Below, piece by piece: positions 48,721 through 62,984 of a stretch of 64,000 nucleotides of DNA. A program made the translations under genes and the position numbers. The DNA comes from Bispira polyomma (taxonomy: Eukaryota), in assembly GCA_965649765.1 (NCBI GenBank), contig OZ287758.1, forward strand, positions 53,630,001 to 53,694,000, read 5' to 3'. The number at the start of each line of letters is the position of its first letter. Position 1 is the first letter of the stretch. The notes under the pieces are model-generated. The model was not told where the DNA came from. It did not search any database and was given only the letters and a program-made list of their open reading frames with translations.

Positions 48721-51058
48721 TATATATATATATATATGTACATGTGTGTCTATAATAAATAGCCCAATGATGTTACAAACTCATTATCACTTCCGTCTTC
48801 CATACCTACCTTACTTTCATCGGGGATCATCTTGATCAATATCTGACAGCCTTGGGAAACTCTAATAGTTATAATACGTGTTTAGGTTACACCTCTCCAT
48901 TGTTGACAATTTTTAATCACATTTATCACTAAACACAATAAATTTAATGGTTTAAATCTAATTTAACGAAACAATAGATTCGAGGAAATTCTCTGACTTA
49001 AAGCATTGTTCAAAGTCCTCCCGAATTTCCAATACACATACATGCATTTTAGATATAAATAAAGATAAGGCGATAGAATTCTATGTTAATGTATTTTTTT
49101 AATGATTTTGATGAATAAGTGTAATATAAATTTACCATTTACTGAATAAGATGTACGTATGTGAACTGAAGCGCCAAATTTATTTCAAAAGATCATTTAT
49201 TAATTTAATTAATCGAAATGTACTGATTTGACAGCACACAAATATAACACAAAGTGGTTTAGTGTAGCCTCTGTAGCCATACAAGTGTTCAATAATAAAG
49301 TATTACAATTTTGGAAACATGTCAGGGAAAAGTAATTATCTATTACATTTAAGCCTAAGTTCTTTAGTAAGAACTAATAGACTGACAGTGCCAAATGTAG
49401 CAAATTTTGTTATTTAATATTGAGATTAGTGCTTTGAAAATCAAGCCGGCCATAACCCTTAATATTTAGATATATTAAATGTTGAATTAGTTGATAGCTT
49501 TATAGCAATTGAATCACAGTAATATATTAAAAATCCTAATTTTTTGGTAAAATTAAGAACCAAGAAATATGTCATAGCTATAAAGCAATCAGTTTGTCAT
49601 CATATATCTAAATTTGGTAGAGTAATGCACTTATTAACCTTTGACACATGGTTCAAAAACAATACATCCGTTAAAAAAATTAAACTTCCGCTTCACAGAA
49701 AAACATTTCTTTTCTTTAAAAACAAACACCTGTTTCAACCAATAGATTTTAAATAAAGAGCAGTTTAATTGAAGAGAGTTCACATAGGAGGAGAATACAA
49801 CTTTTTCATGTATGAATCGCTTGTCAATCAATCAATTATCACCCAAATAATCTCACAATTTGCTGATGTCTACAATGCGTATTTGCAATGACCTGGTCAT
49901 ATGGGTAAAATAAAGCACTTAGAAACCAAGTTTAAGAATTTCGAAATTTTCACATGTTACATGAAAAGTAGATGAATACCTTATACCAACAAGAAGCCTT
50001 AAACCCCAATAGTTCTGGGATAGCAAAAAAGTACCAAATTTTTACATATCAATCAAAAATCAATCACCTGGCATCCGGTATTTGCCCCAGTCATGTTCAT
50101 GCCAAATTTCATTGATACTTTAAGCCTCCTTTAAGCCTCCTTTAAGCCTCTGTACTTATTTAATTTTATCAGAATCTGCACCAATAATGTAATGAAATAG
50201 TTTTGCATAATCGCGATGACAAACACACCAGCAGACTGTCAGAAAATATAACATCTCGGTTGAGTTAAATGTACATGCAGTTAATATCTTTTCCTCAAAA
50301 AATATCAAAGAAACATCAGTATGTAGAACTAAAAGTTACATGATTACCCATTAGACTTGTCTGATGAGACAAAATGTGGTTTAACTGTGTTACTTAATTT
50401 GTGCAGCACTTTAATCTTATTAATACAGGTGTGTTTTTATTAGCATCAAGCTTTAATTCCAAATTGCCTATACATTCGTTTGAAGTTGCTGCAAACACAC
50501 AAAGAACATAATTTTGTGCAAATTTTTTTTAGGGATAGTCTTCCAAGAAACAACTTCCAGACATTTCTATATTTGAGCTTTTATTGATGTAATTGCATTG
50601 TAATTTTTGCACTATGACCCTGTAATTAGGCCTAATAATTTTGGATGGAGTATTTTTGCAATAAAGAGCTTCATAGGGATTATAGAGTTTACCAAATTCC
50701 AATTAGATCACACGATACCACATAATTCGCTGCAATTACAGCAGGCATTATTCCTCTTTGTGAGAAATGGCCAGGAATATTGGAACTTTAATAATTTGAG
50801 TATTGTTACAATAGGAGAGAGTCTTTGGTACGCTGATACAACAAGGGCCAAGAATATGGGAACTCTAATAACTTAATAACTGTAGTTTTATTACAATAAG
50901 ACAAGAACTGTAGGGTCTGATTGTTTTGGACAATAGGGGGTGGGGGGCATTAAATATAGCATACATAACATGCCAGGTATATGATTGATTGATCACTGGG
51001 GTTACACAGTGAATTAGTTTGAGGGGAGGAATCGCTGATGTCAGCACTGGCCACAGCT

Positions 51059-51329
51059 GTAGTTGGATTTGAATTTGAATTGGGATATTTAATGTCCACT
51101 CAAGTACCTGTTTAGGCTATATTGGGACGGGTAGTTGGAAACGCTGGAGGAAACACTCCATACAGTTGATCAAGGCTCTGCACTGAAACCAGCGGCCTAC
51201 AGTAAGGAACTACCACCTTTCACACATAGGCATCAAAAGGAGTCGAACCCACACCAGCCTATCCCAGAGGTGAGAGACCAGTGATTGTGAAACGCAATGC
51301 TTGTTAAGCACTAGGCCGCCGCGGCCCCC
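51059..51329 (-). mobile_element. tRNA-derived SINE with 10-bp TSD
   Basis: The - strand begins ggggccgcggcggcctagtgc (A box), has B box ggttcgactcc and a (ttcaaa)n tail. TSD ggccacagct at 51049-51058 and 51330-51339. Confidence 0.9.
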
Positions 51330-52892
51330 GGCCACAGCTTTAATTATTAATGGCATATAACAGAAAATGGTTTGTTGAAGTTATCTATCGGATACTTCTA
51401 TTGCTTCTTCAATATTCACAAAGATATCACTTAGGTATAAGTCACAGAGACTTAATTTGGATAAAACAACTTGTGAAACAATCTCTGATAAAACATAATA
51501 AACATTGGATAGTAATTGTTCAGAGAATCGTGTAAGAACACTTGTGTCAATTAACAAAGCTGTCATAAAGACAATTTTAGTAAAAAGAAGGAATGGCAAT
51601 GTTGGCCAAAAGAGGAATAACTGAAAGGGTAAAAGAAGCAGTAATTTTGTACTTAATACCACACATTTCAACATTGAATTTATTTGTGCACATATTAAAA
51701 ACGGTTTATGAGCTTGGTGATCTACACTGAGAGATAAATAGAGTGAGGATTCCTGTACACCCATATTGTATTTTACAAACTTAAATGTGCTGTACTTTAT
51801 AATAATCTGCTGATTGATAACTAAAAACAATATTTAAAAAATGCAATTGTAATAGATTTGCACAACAACAAAACACTCAACATCATTCATCTGGCTTTCC
51901 CGATAATAATTATTTTATCCACATTTTTTTTTTGCATATCCTTGTAAATAATGTATGTACAAATACATGTATTTCTCCAACTTTCTGTTAAAGTGTACCG
52001 AGCTATGACAAATTACAATGCCAGGCACTGCAGTGTCTTTTCAGAATGGCACTTTTTCTCAAAATGTATTTTTGTAAATTGTCAGCATATTTCGCATTCC
52101 TAATATTCCATAATATATATATATGGAATGTCCACCAAACTTCATACATTACCCATAATAAGTGTGTTTTATGCCTGTTACAAATGGCTGTCTGCTATTC
52201 TACGTATCTTAATAATAAAATAATAAGTGTATTATATCATGCTTTTTGTTGCAGAATGGGCATATATTACAGTTTAAAATTTTCCATTTTACTAGGTTAT
52301 TAAGGCAGGGTAAAATGCGGTGTAGTACTTTGTAATAAAATTCAAAGTCTTTTTCCTCTTTTATTTTTACTGTGTATTGAAATTTATTTCTTAATTTATA
52401 AAAAGATTTTTTCCATTTTATTTTTTTATGTATGTGTAAATTTTTTTAGATTTTTTGTCGTATTTTTGTACCATTTCATTATCATGCTTATAAAAAGAGA
52501 CTTTGCAGGATGGACAATTGGCGCATTTTGTTAAAATTAAACCTTAGAATATTGAAGTTGTCTAGAAAGTTAAGTGTATTTTCCACACGAAGCTCCATGC
52601 TTCATTTGATTCAGTAACTTTTGTAGCCCAAGACGCTTTCAAGACTTGGAATTGAGATTAAACATACATCATTTTTAGTCGGCCTTCTTTGTAATCTGCA
52701 ATAAAAGTATTTCTTTTTTTTTGATATTTTATTTATTTTTGCACATTCAGTATATAAATACAAGCTTTAAGAGAACTAATAATTGTCTACTCCCAAGGTC
52801 ACATAAATATATATCATTAAACATTTCTGACTAAGACCTCTTAACAGTATGCATTTAAGACTTTGTAATTTGGTGGGTTTTCTTCACATTTT

Positions 52893-55800
52893 TCACATTA
52901 GCAAAAGTAATTCTCCAAACTTTTCTTCAAAATTATAAATTTTGTTCTTTTTCATTGCTATTTGCTTGTCAATGTCTAAACGATCTCTTAAAATAAACAA
53001 AAAATCAAGGAGACCTGGCTGTCTGTTTTCCTTTCTACATTTACTGACATAATATATACCTGTTAACAATACATAATTCAGGACATAATACAGCCTTTGG
53101 TCCACATTTATAATTCCCAGTAATATATCAAGCACAGAAAAATCTATTGATACAGCCAATATTGTGAACAGCCATCTTTTAACTTGAGACCAAAAAGCTT
53201 TAATTCTACTGCAATAAAAACAAACAATGTTCTAAGTTATCAACCTGGTTACAGTCATTGCAAAGAGATTCTTTTATGTTCCATAGGAAAAGTTTATAAT
53301 TGCAATTATAAATTCTGTGTAATATTTTGAATTGTAATCTGATGACATAAGTATCTTTCAAAACTTTACAGGGTAGTAGGTACACCGTGTGCCACTCGAC
53401 TAGGGAGTCAAGAAAGGGATAATATTCCATCTATTTATTTTGGCTAGTGGGAATAATATGGGACCTACCAACAAATTCATTATGCACTTGCGAATTTTGG
53501 ACTTTGCTGATGTTGTTTAAACAGTTTGTTACTACATTGTCAGAAACTGATAGTGGTACTTGTTTGGGTAGTATCCTTAACTTTGTTGATAAGACACTGA
53601 CAAGTTCATTATATTTCATTTCAGGTATATTTAGTCCATATTCAATTTCTATCTCCTTTCTGCTAACAAAAGTGCTATCAGCTCTTACAATATTATTGAC
53701 AAAGGCTAGCCCCTTAGCTTCCCAGTCTAAGTATTTTTTTTTAAATAGCTTTTTTGTCTATTTGAAACAAGTCATTTTTGAACAATTTTTCTTTTAGAAG
53801 TTCCTTTATACTTTGCAGCTCTACAGTTCTAAAATCAAACCACACCGCTAGCACATCAGCATAAAATTTGGTCCGAGGTCTTTCTTGTATGCCAAGAAAT
53901 TTATATTCTCTAAAGAGCTCATTTTTTTCCATTTCCAATAATTTTTCAGCAATAATTTTCCATTTGGCATCAATGTTATTTGCAAATCTTTTACCCACAT
54001 TACTTTTGTGCTAGCTGTGACATGCCTGACTGAAACCATCTTTAAACCCCCTTCGTGCAAAGACTGTATCAAAGTATTTTTCACAACTAACGGTTTCTTG
54101 TCATTCCAGATAAAATTGTAAAACAGCTGATCCAAGTCTTTCATTAAACTATTTGGCATAGGCAAAACAGAGGCTAATTGCAGAATGTGAGGTATTACTT
54201 GAGGATTTCAGTACAGTGTTTTTCCTTTTATCATCAGACATCTGGTCTTCCAGATATTTAAAATTTATTTTATTTTGTACACTTTATCATCAATATTTAA
54301 TGTTTTCATCTCATTTTCATTTAAAGAAAACCATGTACCCAATGTTTTGAAACTGGTGTTGATCCATTTAATTCCTATAGTGTGATCCTCACTTAGGGTT
54401 CCATTTTTCTATATAATTATTGCCTCCATTTTGCAATCATTCAGCTTTAATCCAGCATAACGATAGAATTCTTCTAACAGACTAATAGAGTTTCTCAAAG
54501 AATTTATGTTGGTTAAAAAAAAAAGAGTCCTATCGTCAGCTAGCTGACATGGTTTAACAGAAACATTATCTTTAACTAAACCATCTACTACTTTTGATTC
54601 ACGTAGAATAAAATCTATGACTTCCACGATAAGAAGCAAAACAAGCATTTGTGTTGAAATTCCCAATTGACACTGTCAAACGCCTTTTCAAAATCAACTA
54701 TAAGGGTAATACAGGGATATTTAAAAATTTTGCAGTATTCAATTACAGCAGCTATTAATCTTGTATTTTCACTATAGAACCTTCCCGCCACATATCCAAT
54801 TTGATCAGGATTTATAACTTCCTTTAATGCAACCTTTAGCCTATTGGATAAAACTTTTGCTAGTATCTTATAATCTACATTCAAAATTGATAGCGGTCGC
54901 CAAGACTTTAAATCAGTCAAATCTTTATCTTTCTTAGGTATTAAGTGAATGACCCCCTGTTTTTAACTTTGAGTAAGGTTACCTTTATCGAATGCTAAAG
55001 TAAAACTGTTAAACATTTCCTCTCCTATATCAGCCCAAAATACTTTATAAAATTCTATGGGAATTCCATCAGGGCCAGGTATTTTATTATTTGAGTCTTT
55101 CACTACTTTGCTTATTTCCTCATTGGTGATGGCATTTTCACAAATTGATTTTGTTTTATTAGTAATAGAGGGAATATTGGCCTTTGTAAATACTTTTCAA
55201 CATCCTGCGTGAAGTTCTCTGAAATTGGACCGGCAGAATAAAGTCTTTGACAGAAGTTTTTTGCACTTTCAAGATAGCATCAGGTTGATTGATAATGTTA
55301 CTACCAATTTTCAGAGAGCGTATGTGACTGGCCTTGTGATTTGTTTTTTCTAGGTTTAAAAAATATTTTGTAGGTTTTTCGTATTCATCTAGCATTTGAC
55401 AGCGAGACCTGACAATGCATCCTCGAGCTTTAGCATGGTATATTTGATCAATTTCTTGTTTAATCAAGTTGCTTTCTTCAATTAGTTCAAAGAACGGATT
55501 GAAACTTATTTCCTTTTCAAGAAATGATAGTCTTTCGGTGAAGGAATTAAGAGTGGCATTTTTTTTTCTTTTTCTTAATCAAGAAAGATACAGACTGAGT
55601 TCGAATGCAACATTTCATATAATCCCACGATAAGTGTTTGTTTTTCAAATTTGATTGGTCTATTTTGGCATTCGCTATTGTTTCTTTTATACAATCTACA
55701 TATTCTTTGTCTTGCACCAAGCCAACATTCATTTTCCAAATACCTTTACCTCTACAATAATCACCAGTGATCTCTAAAGATGTAAGCAAAATTCTATGAT

Positions 55801-56492
55801 CAGACTTAATACTAGGCAATATTTTGACAGTTTTTACATAGAATTCTAAATGACGAGAAATTAAAAATAAGTCTATTCTACTCTGCACAAAGCTAAATCT
55901 GGTTTTTTTACGCCTAGTATACCTTACAGTGTTGGGGTGGCGCATTCTCCAAATATACACTAAGTTTAACATCTGCATTATTTCTAATGGATAGTCCTTT
56001 TAACTGCACGGTTTATTTTGTCAAAATTTTAATCTATAATTTTTCAATGCAAAACTTAAGATCCTCTCCTAATATCATCGCCTGCATGATCTTTTAATTG
56101 TGAAAGTAGATATAGACCAAAATTATTTTGTTCTTGCCTTTTATCTGAAAGAGGAGCATATATATTAGCTACAATAAATTTATATCTCCACTCTTACATT
56201 CTAGCAGCAACAATCGATCGAAGTCGTCCTGTATAGTATATGTTATATCTAGATTGATACTGTTTGATATCAGAATAGTCACCCCTTGACTGTTTAATTC
56301 TCCATGAGAAAATTCAATTCGTCCGTTCCATTGATCTCTTCATTCATTTTCAGAAACCGGAGTTGAATGACATTCTTGTAGCAAGAATATACCTGGCGGT
56401 TTGGCCTTCAGCTATAGAAAGACAACTTTTCTTTTAAACCTGTTACCCAACCCTCTAGTGTTAAAACTATAGATGGTCATGATATTAGCCAT
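52893..56492 (-). pseudogene. ORF2 (APE endonuclease, RT, zf-RVT) of the L1/Tx1 element
   Basis: MANIMTIYSFNTRGL, LLQECHS, SRIDLFL..SDH, WRPLSILNVDYKILAK, DFEKAFDSV, QLADD, FIWNDK, GGL, CNDC...DNLEH; many frameshifts. Confidence 0.9.
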
Positions 56493-57224
56493 TAGTTAAG
56501 CATAAAATATAAGCTGTTGGGAGAGATATATACCCTTGTGACCTTTATATATCTACGTTTATAACTAACTGTGCGCAAAATACTAACATGTTCTTCAAAA
56601 TAAGACTTAAACAAGAAAGAAACATATAAACTACACAAACAATATGTAACATATATATATATAGTCCACCTTTTGGTGGCAAGTTTCATATTCATATTGT
56701 AAATATGTACAAAAATATGAGCGTTTCAAGGCATATTAAATCAATGGATCAATTTTAATAATGTCTTACTTTTTAGGAAGATATATATATATATACTTTT
56801 TTCTATCTGTGTGAATATCTATTGTGGAGTAAATTACAGAAGAAACATTTAAATCCAGAAGTATATCAGAAGTACTCGCTTTCACTTTGCCTATAAGCAA
56901 TCCTTAAAGTTACAGACAAATTACCTATTTTAAATTTGGGACTAGTGGTCAATCATAGAAGTAGTATTGCTCAATAATGTAGAAATTTACACTTTATAAT
57001 GACTACATATATATGATAGTAGACCAGTGATAATTTATTGTATGTAATTAGCCATGAACTTAATAAACAAAATAAATAGTGTCATTTAGCCTGTCTAGAT
57101 TGGCTTGACAACAAGTGTTGGACATTAAATAGACTTTTAACGCTTGCTCAATTTGCATGATATTTTAATTATTGGTTTCTTTTTCAACCTCAAATGTCAG
57201 TTATTCCTCTCTAAATTGGCTCAG

Positions 57225-57660
57225 TAACAAGACCACATTTTAAGTAACAAGACCACATTTAAAGTAACAAGACCATATTTTTATAAACAAGACCATATTT
57301 TTATAAACAAGACCACATTTTTACTGACAATTAATACTACATTTTAAGTAAACAAGATCACATTTAAGTTATAAAATCTAAGTAATAAGACCACATTCAT
57401 TTTAAGTAACAAGACCACATTTAAAGTAAACAAGATCACATTTAAATTACAAAACCACATTTTAAGTAACAACACTACCTTTAAATTATAAGACCACATC
57501 TTAAGTAACAAGACCTCATTTTTGGTAACAAGAATACATTAAAGTAATAAGACCACCTTTTAAGTAACAAGACCACATTTAAGTAACAAGACTACGGTTG
57601 AGTACGAAGACTACTTTGAGTAACAAGATCCTATTTTTAATAACAAGATCACATTTTGTG
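57225..57660. repeat. Minisatellite (~20-23 bp, aagtaacaagaccacatttt) in the inter-ORF spacer of the L1/Tx1 element
   Basis: About 19 degenerate tandem copies, further copies near 58245 and 58390, and ~130-200 bp higher-order repeats at 57670-58350. Confidence 0.9.
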
Positions 57661-58450
57661 TCATAAAAAATGTTACTGAGTTTAAAAGTTCCCAGTGTTA
57701 AATTAATGTTTTTAAATTATTAGATTCTTTTTTCAATCTCATGACATGAGCATTAATATAATTTATAGACTTTCTGGCAATTACATACCTGCCGTTTGTA
57801 TTCTAGCAGACACTTTGTTATTTACAGTGGAATTCACAGAAAAAAATGACAGGGGAATTCACAAAATAAATGACTAAGTTATGACTAATGTCAGTGAGTT
57901 TAAAGTTCTGGGTATCAAAATAATATTTTAAATTATCAATTTCTTTTTTCAACCTCATGTCATGAGCATTTATATAATTTATTGACTTTGTGGTTAACAC
58001 TGACATTAGTTATGACTAATGTGAGTGAGTTTAAAGTTCCCGCTAATAAAATCGTATTTTAAATTATTGATTTCTTTTTTTAACCTCATGTCATGAGCAT
58101 TGATATAATTTATAGACTTTCTGGTAAATACATAACTGCTATTTGGATTCTGGCTGTCACTTCGTTATTTACAATGGAATTCATAGAATGCTGACAGGAA
58201 TTTACAAAAAAAAGTTACTGTTATTCCTCTCTAGATTGGCTTCAAGTAACAAGACCTTATGACAAGGCCACATTTTAAGTTATTAATAATGTCGTTAACT
58301 TTCAAGTTCTCTAATTTTTCAACCTCATGACATGAGCATTAATATTAAATTGACACTGTTATTCTTCTCTAGATTGGCTCAGTAACAAATTAAACAAGAC
58401 CACATTTTTATTCATGAAAATGGTCACTGAATTTGAAATTATTATAGCGA

Positions 58451-59751
58451 TTACCTTACTTAAACTAATAGCTCACTAAGTTTGTTATTCCCATACCAGT
58501 TTTTGGAATCCCAAATGTCTTCATTGTCCATTGACAGACCCACACCCCCAGTACTTGTCCCTTGGGTTTGCTTCCACTAATGTTGCTTTGCCTGTACTTA
58601 TGAGAAATTTCTTCATTTTGGCCAAACTTTGCAATGAGGGCTGATAACATATATTTGTCACATACATTGTTCCATTTCTTTGAGCTGAAGTTATGCATTT
58701 GAATTCCAAGCCTCTTTGCATGAGCTGGGTCATCTGTGTTCATTATTGACTTTGATGTGGTTTCGTCACTGAAGTGTTTTGCCATCCTAAACATGAAGTA
58801 GTGCTGAGAAGTTTCAAATCTTAGTCCATCCTTCACAAACAGAGCAGGGCAGTGGTTTGATAGTTTGGAATGCTTGGTAAAAAAGGCCACCATATTACCT
58901 CTCTTTACTGTTGTCAATGTGCTTGGGTGCAAATCTTTTTGTAGCTTATGAATCTCTTGGGTTGTATTCTGTTTTCTATTGAGGATCAGTTTGTCTACAT
59001 TTAGAGGAGCTTTATACTTTCCATGAGAAGTATACGTTGCCTGCAGGATGGGTGTAAACATTCTTCGACATTGCATAACCTCCGAAGGGAAATCCTTAAC
59101 GACAATAATGCCTTCCTTTTTAAGAATGTCCCTGTTTTGCCATACACGCAGTCTATCTTCATAGTGGTGAAACTTCACAATGATTGGTTTATCCTTTGAG
59201 CCTGAGAATCCTAACCTGTGTGCTCCCTCAATGTCCCTTACTGACAGCTGAGCTCCTTGCCTGCTGCACAATTTGTGTATGACAGATTCACAGTTTTCTG
59301 AAGTTGTTGAATCTTCTGATGGTTTAATATGAAGAAATTTTAAGTTTTGTCTCCTAGATACTCCTTCTAAAGATATCACTTTATCTTCCAGTTCACAAAA
59401 TCTTTCCTCTTGTTTTTCTAACTTGCTAGTTAGCTGCCAATTGGTGGACTCGAATGTATCTATCCTTTCAGTAAGCACTTTTATTTCATCCAATTTGTCT
59501 GAGGTAAATTGTACTGTTTTCTTGACCTCATCTAAATCTTCGGTGATTGGTTCTAACCACTCCTTAAGCAGACTTCGGATAATGGTTAGAGATGGTGGTG
59601 CATCTGGCGATTGTGGGGAGACCAATTCGAATTCCTTTTTCTGTTGTTTAGTACTTCCTACACTAACACTACTTGACTTACTCCCACTGCTGCTGGTTCC
59701 ATTTTTGTGTGGCATTTTGCTTTTATTTCCAATTATTAATGTTTGTTTCAT
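58451..59751 (-). pseudogene. ORF1 of the L1/Tx1 element: coiled coil, RRM-like L1 domain and C-terminal NADAR (YbiA-like) domain, with two frameshifts near the end
   Basis: L1 ORF1 motifs LE..SRRQNL, AHRLG..KPIIVKF and DFP.EV..RR. Then FF....LSN..P..F..DG..F.TSQHYF, AKRLG, W......M......KFGQN, L.STG..TLVEANPRDKYWGCG, WYGNNKLSELL. Confidence 0.85.
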
Positions 59752-59810
59752 TTAACATCAGTAAAACAACTAATATACTCCAAGATAAGATACATAAAAA
59801 GCTAAACACC

Positions 59811-60205
59811 TGTGGCATTTATTCAAGTGAGGGACTGAGGTCAGTAAGTACACCAGCTGATTGTCCCTCAAAACATAAATAGCAGATTGTCCCTGGCCAC
59901 ACACACCACACTGAACTGTGCCCACTTTTGATACAGAAGTTCTGTGTCCTTATATGTAATGTTTGTCCCCAATACTGATTTTTATATGTCTTTGTAAATA
60001 TTTTCTGTGGCAATTATTCAAGTAAGGGACTAAGGCCAGTTAGTACACCAGCTGATTGACTTTTAAAACATAAATAGCAGATTGTCCCTGGCTACACACA
60101 CCACACTAAACTGTGCCCTCTTTTTGACACAAACTTCTCGTGTACTTATATGGAATGTTTCTCCGCAATACTATTTTTTTAATATGTCTCTGTAAATAAT
60201 TTTTA
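59811..60205 (-). repeat. Two tandem ~195 bp monomers in the LINE 5' UTR
   Basis: tgtggca.ttattcaagt.agggact.agg...aaacataaatagcagattgtccctggc occurs at 59811 and 60007. Confidence 0.9.
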
Positions 60206-61164
60206 GTTTTTAAACTTTTCCACCTTATAACACATTCACTGTATATCTAATTTACTTCATTCTTGTGTTGAAGAAGTCTATGTACTATTAAAAAACATAT
60301 AATCCACACAGATCTCCTTTTCTTCCTTTAAAAAATCCTTAAAACTCTCTCATATGTTATTCTCTCACTCTCACTCCCGAAAGTATTTCTTTTAATTCGA
60401 TCATAACTATGCCATAACATATTTCATCAAATTTTGTTCACACTTTTAATAATGTAGATTAGTTTGGTTATGATTAAGGATTTTATAATAGTGATTTTCC
60501 TAAAGAGATTTAGATTTCTGTTTTTCCAAGATGTGTTATTTTCTGTAATTTGTTGTCCCAATTTAGCTTCATGCTTTCATTTTAATCAGTACCAATATAT
60601 ATTCCAAGACATTTGACTGGGGCATTAGGCCAATGGAGTCCAGCTATATAGCAATGTTGTTGCTTGTGTTTATTGATGCCAAGCCAAATACCCTTTACTA
60701 ACTCCAAAATAATATAGTTTTGTTGGTAAATATTCAAGAAATATTATTGATGCTGTTTAACAAATTGGCAATTGGAAATCCATTTCTAAAGCCATGAATG
60801 CAACTTTAAAAATTTAATTTGAGCAGGAATTGTTAGTTTTGAGAATAAAGTCTAATATAATACATACATTTATGCATTGAATCTATATATTTGCATATGT
60901 GGCTATGATTTTCCCAATTTTATTATTATTGTTACAGTCATTAGTACTGAAATTACTGAAATTGTGTAATTTTATGCTGCTTAATTAATTCAAATGATCA
61001 TATTTAATAAATGAAATCACATAATTTAATTTGACAAAATATTGCTGACGTGTTATCTGAATGATAACACAATGCAGTCAATTTAGTTTGAAAATACATG
61101 GCTTTAGTTCAAATATTAAATGATTGACTCTTTCTAGTTAAGAAAATATTATGAATATACAATT

Positions 61165-61290
61165 TTAAAGATAGAAACCAGGGCATCAATTCCACTCGGA
61201 TTCAGAATGAAATCTAATTATTTGGATTTCTATTAGGCTAAGTAGACTAGAATTGCCTAGCACAAACATAAAGCACCATAGAATTTTCTT
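61165..61290 (-). pseudogene. GPCR 5' fragment, paralog of 38880-39030
   Basis: gggcatcaattccactcggattcagaatgaaatc aligns with gggcatcaattacactctggttcagaatgaaata (32217-32250). Confidence 0.7.
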
Positions 61291-62984
61291 TAACTTAGTT
61301 CAAGCTGATGTAATGTATTTATTACCCTTAGTTTGATGTCTAATAGAAAAGAAAAACAATATATGTATTTCTTAGCTGCAACTTTAATTCTCTTTGTATA
61401 TCATAATTCAACAATATGCAACAACAAGCATAAGGCAGAATTATCATCACCATATAGATATTCAAAAACTTAAATGTTTTCCATGTTTTTAAAAATATAT
61501 CTTTGAAACTGTCTATTTTATTACTAGTAATTCATCTGTATAAACCTGATTTAACCTTAACGGTTAGAGCAAAGAAATTCAGTATCCTATTCGCTTTTGA
61601 GAAATCAAATATATACTTCTTGATGACAATACTTAGTGTATTTATGTGGGACCCTGTGACCATCTTTTAAACGATAACACAATGAGGTATGTTGTTTCAA
61701 TGAATTGATAACAATGATTTGAGTAACAAAAGTGGGTAGACATCCCTTAAATCTTTAGATTATGATAAAAAGTTACAATAAAATTTACTAGAAGGCCATC
61801 TGTTAAGTAACAAAATGATTGTGTGCTACTTGTAAACACATACCTTCAGTTGTACAATGTGATCAACCGGATCTAATAAGGCAATACGCATGCCATTTGT
61901 TATATCTTTACATTACTGAGTAATCTATATTCCATGATATGCGGTGTTTCCTAGCACATTCTGTTAAAGCTCCACACAAATTCATGAGACACTGTTCATG
62001 ATCCAGCAAAAAAAGTAGTTTTCACATTCTTAATTTGATGTTGGTGACTTGTTTATCATGCCGCAGTAATTCCTTTTTCCAATGCTATCACAAAATAAAA
62101 ACAATATGGCTAGATTTTTCTTTTACAATATTTATTTGCTACATAAAAAACATACAGAATAAATATAACCAATCAGGGTAATGATTTTAAAACTTGAAAC
62201 AGCACAAAATTAAAGTGGCTTTCATTTCTATGTACAGTCAGTTATGTTGTAATTTACTAATTATAACAATGGTAACTCATTAACACTTAGAAACATGGCA
62301 CTCAAAAGATTCTCCCACATCATATTTCCCATTCGCTGTGTTACCATACCTCTATATGACCTTTAATCTATGTTTTTCAGGAGTAAACAGTGGTTAGATG
62401 TCAAACACTGAACAAATACTTTTAACAAAATTAAGCTTTATTGATATTTGTCTGCATCACAGATTACAACATTTGGCCAATATGTAAGTTCACTGAACAT
62501 TTTCTGTAACATCCAATTAGATGTACATAAGAAACAGTACATTACAATAAATACTTCGAATTATCTGATAGCAACAAAACCTTCAGCAAATAAATACCAC
62601 CACATCAATGTTTAATCACACTATAGTGAGTTTACAAAATAGGAAACAACTTTTTGTAAAATAATTACTTAATGACTGTCAGGGTTTTCAACAAATATTT
62701 GTGTGATATAAAGGAAATATGGGAATATATTGATAGTAATTATTCAAATTACAGGTGAGGTTTAATACGAGGCAATAATTACTTGTGACTAACTGACCAC
62801 AAATCTATTATATGTATGATAATATTTTCTATATATAGTGTGGACAGTCAGTGCGGATGTATTTCAAAAATTACTCAAATTGAACTCTTGAACAGAATTG
62901 ACTTAGCCACTGTGTGTGGGACCTTGTTATATGACCCTTATATTTATTTGTAAATATCTGACAAAGGAATAAAAAACGTCTTTT

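Larger units (their letters stand above)
52718..60379 (-). mobile_element. Full-length (7.66 kb) but decayed L1/Tx1-type LINE with a 14-bp TSD
   Basis: TSD aaagtatttctttt at 52704-52717 and 60380-60393; A-rich 3' tail; TT/AAAA-type target; ORF1, ~2 kb spacer and ORF2. Confidence 0.9.

Noticed and set aside
57225-57660. CRISPR-like array
   Set aside because: Units are degenerate head-to-tail copies without unique spacers, there are no cas genes, and the array lies inside a eukaryotic LINE.
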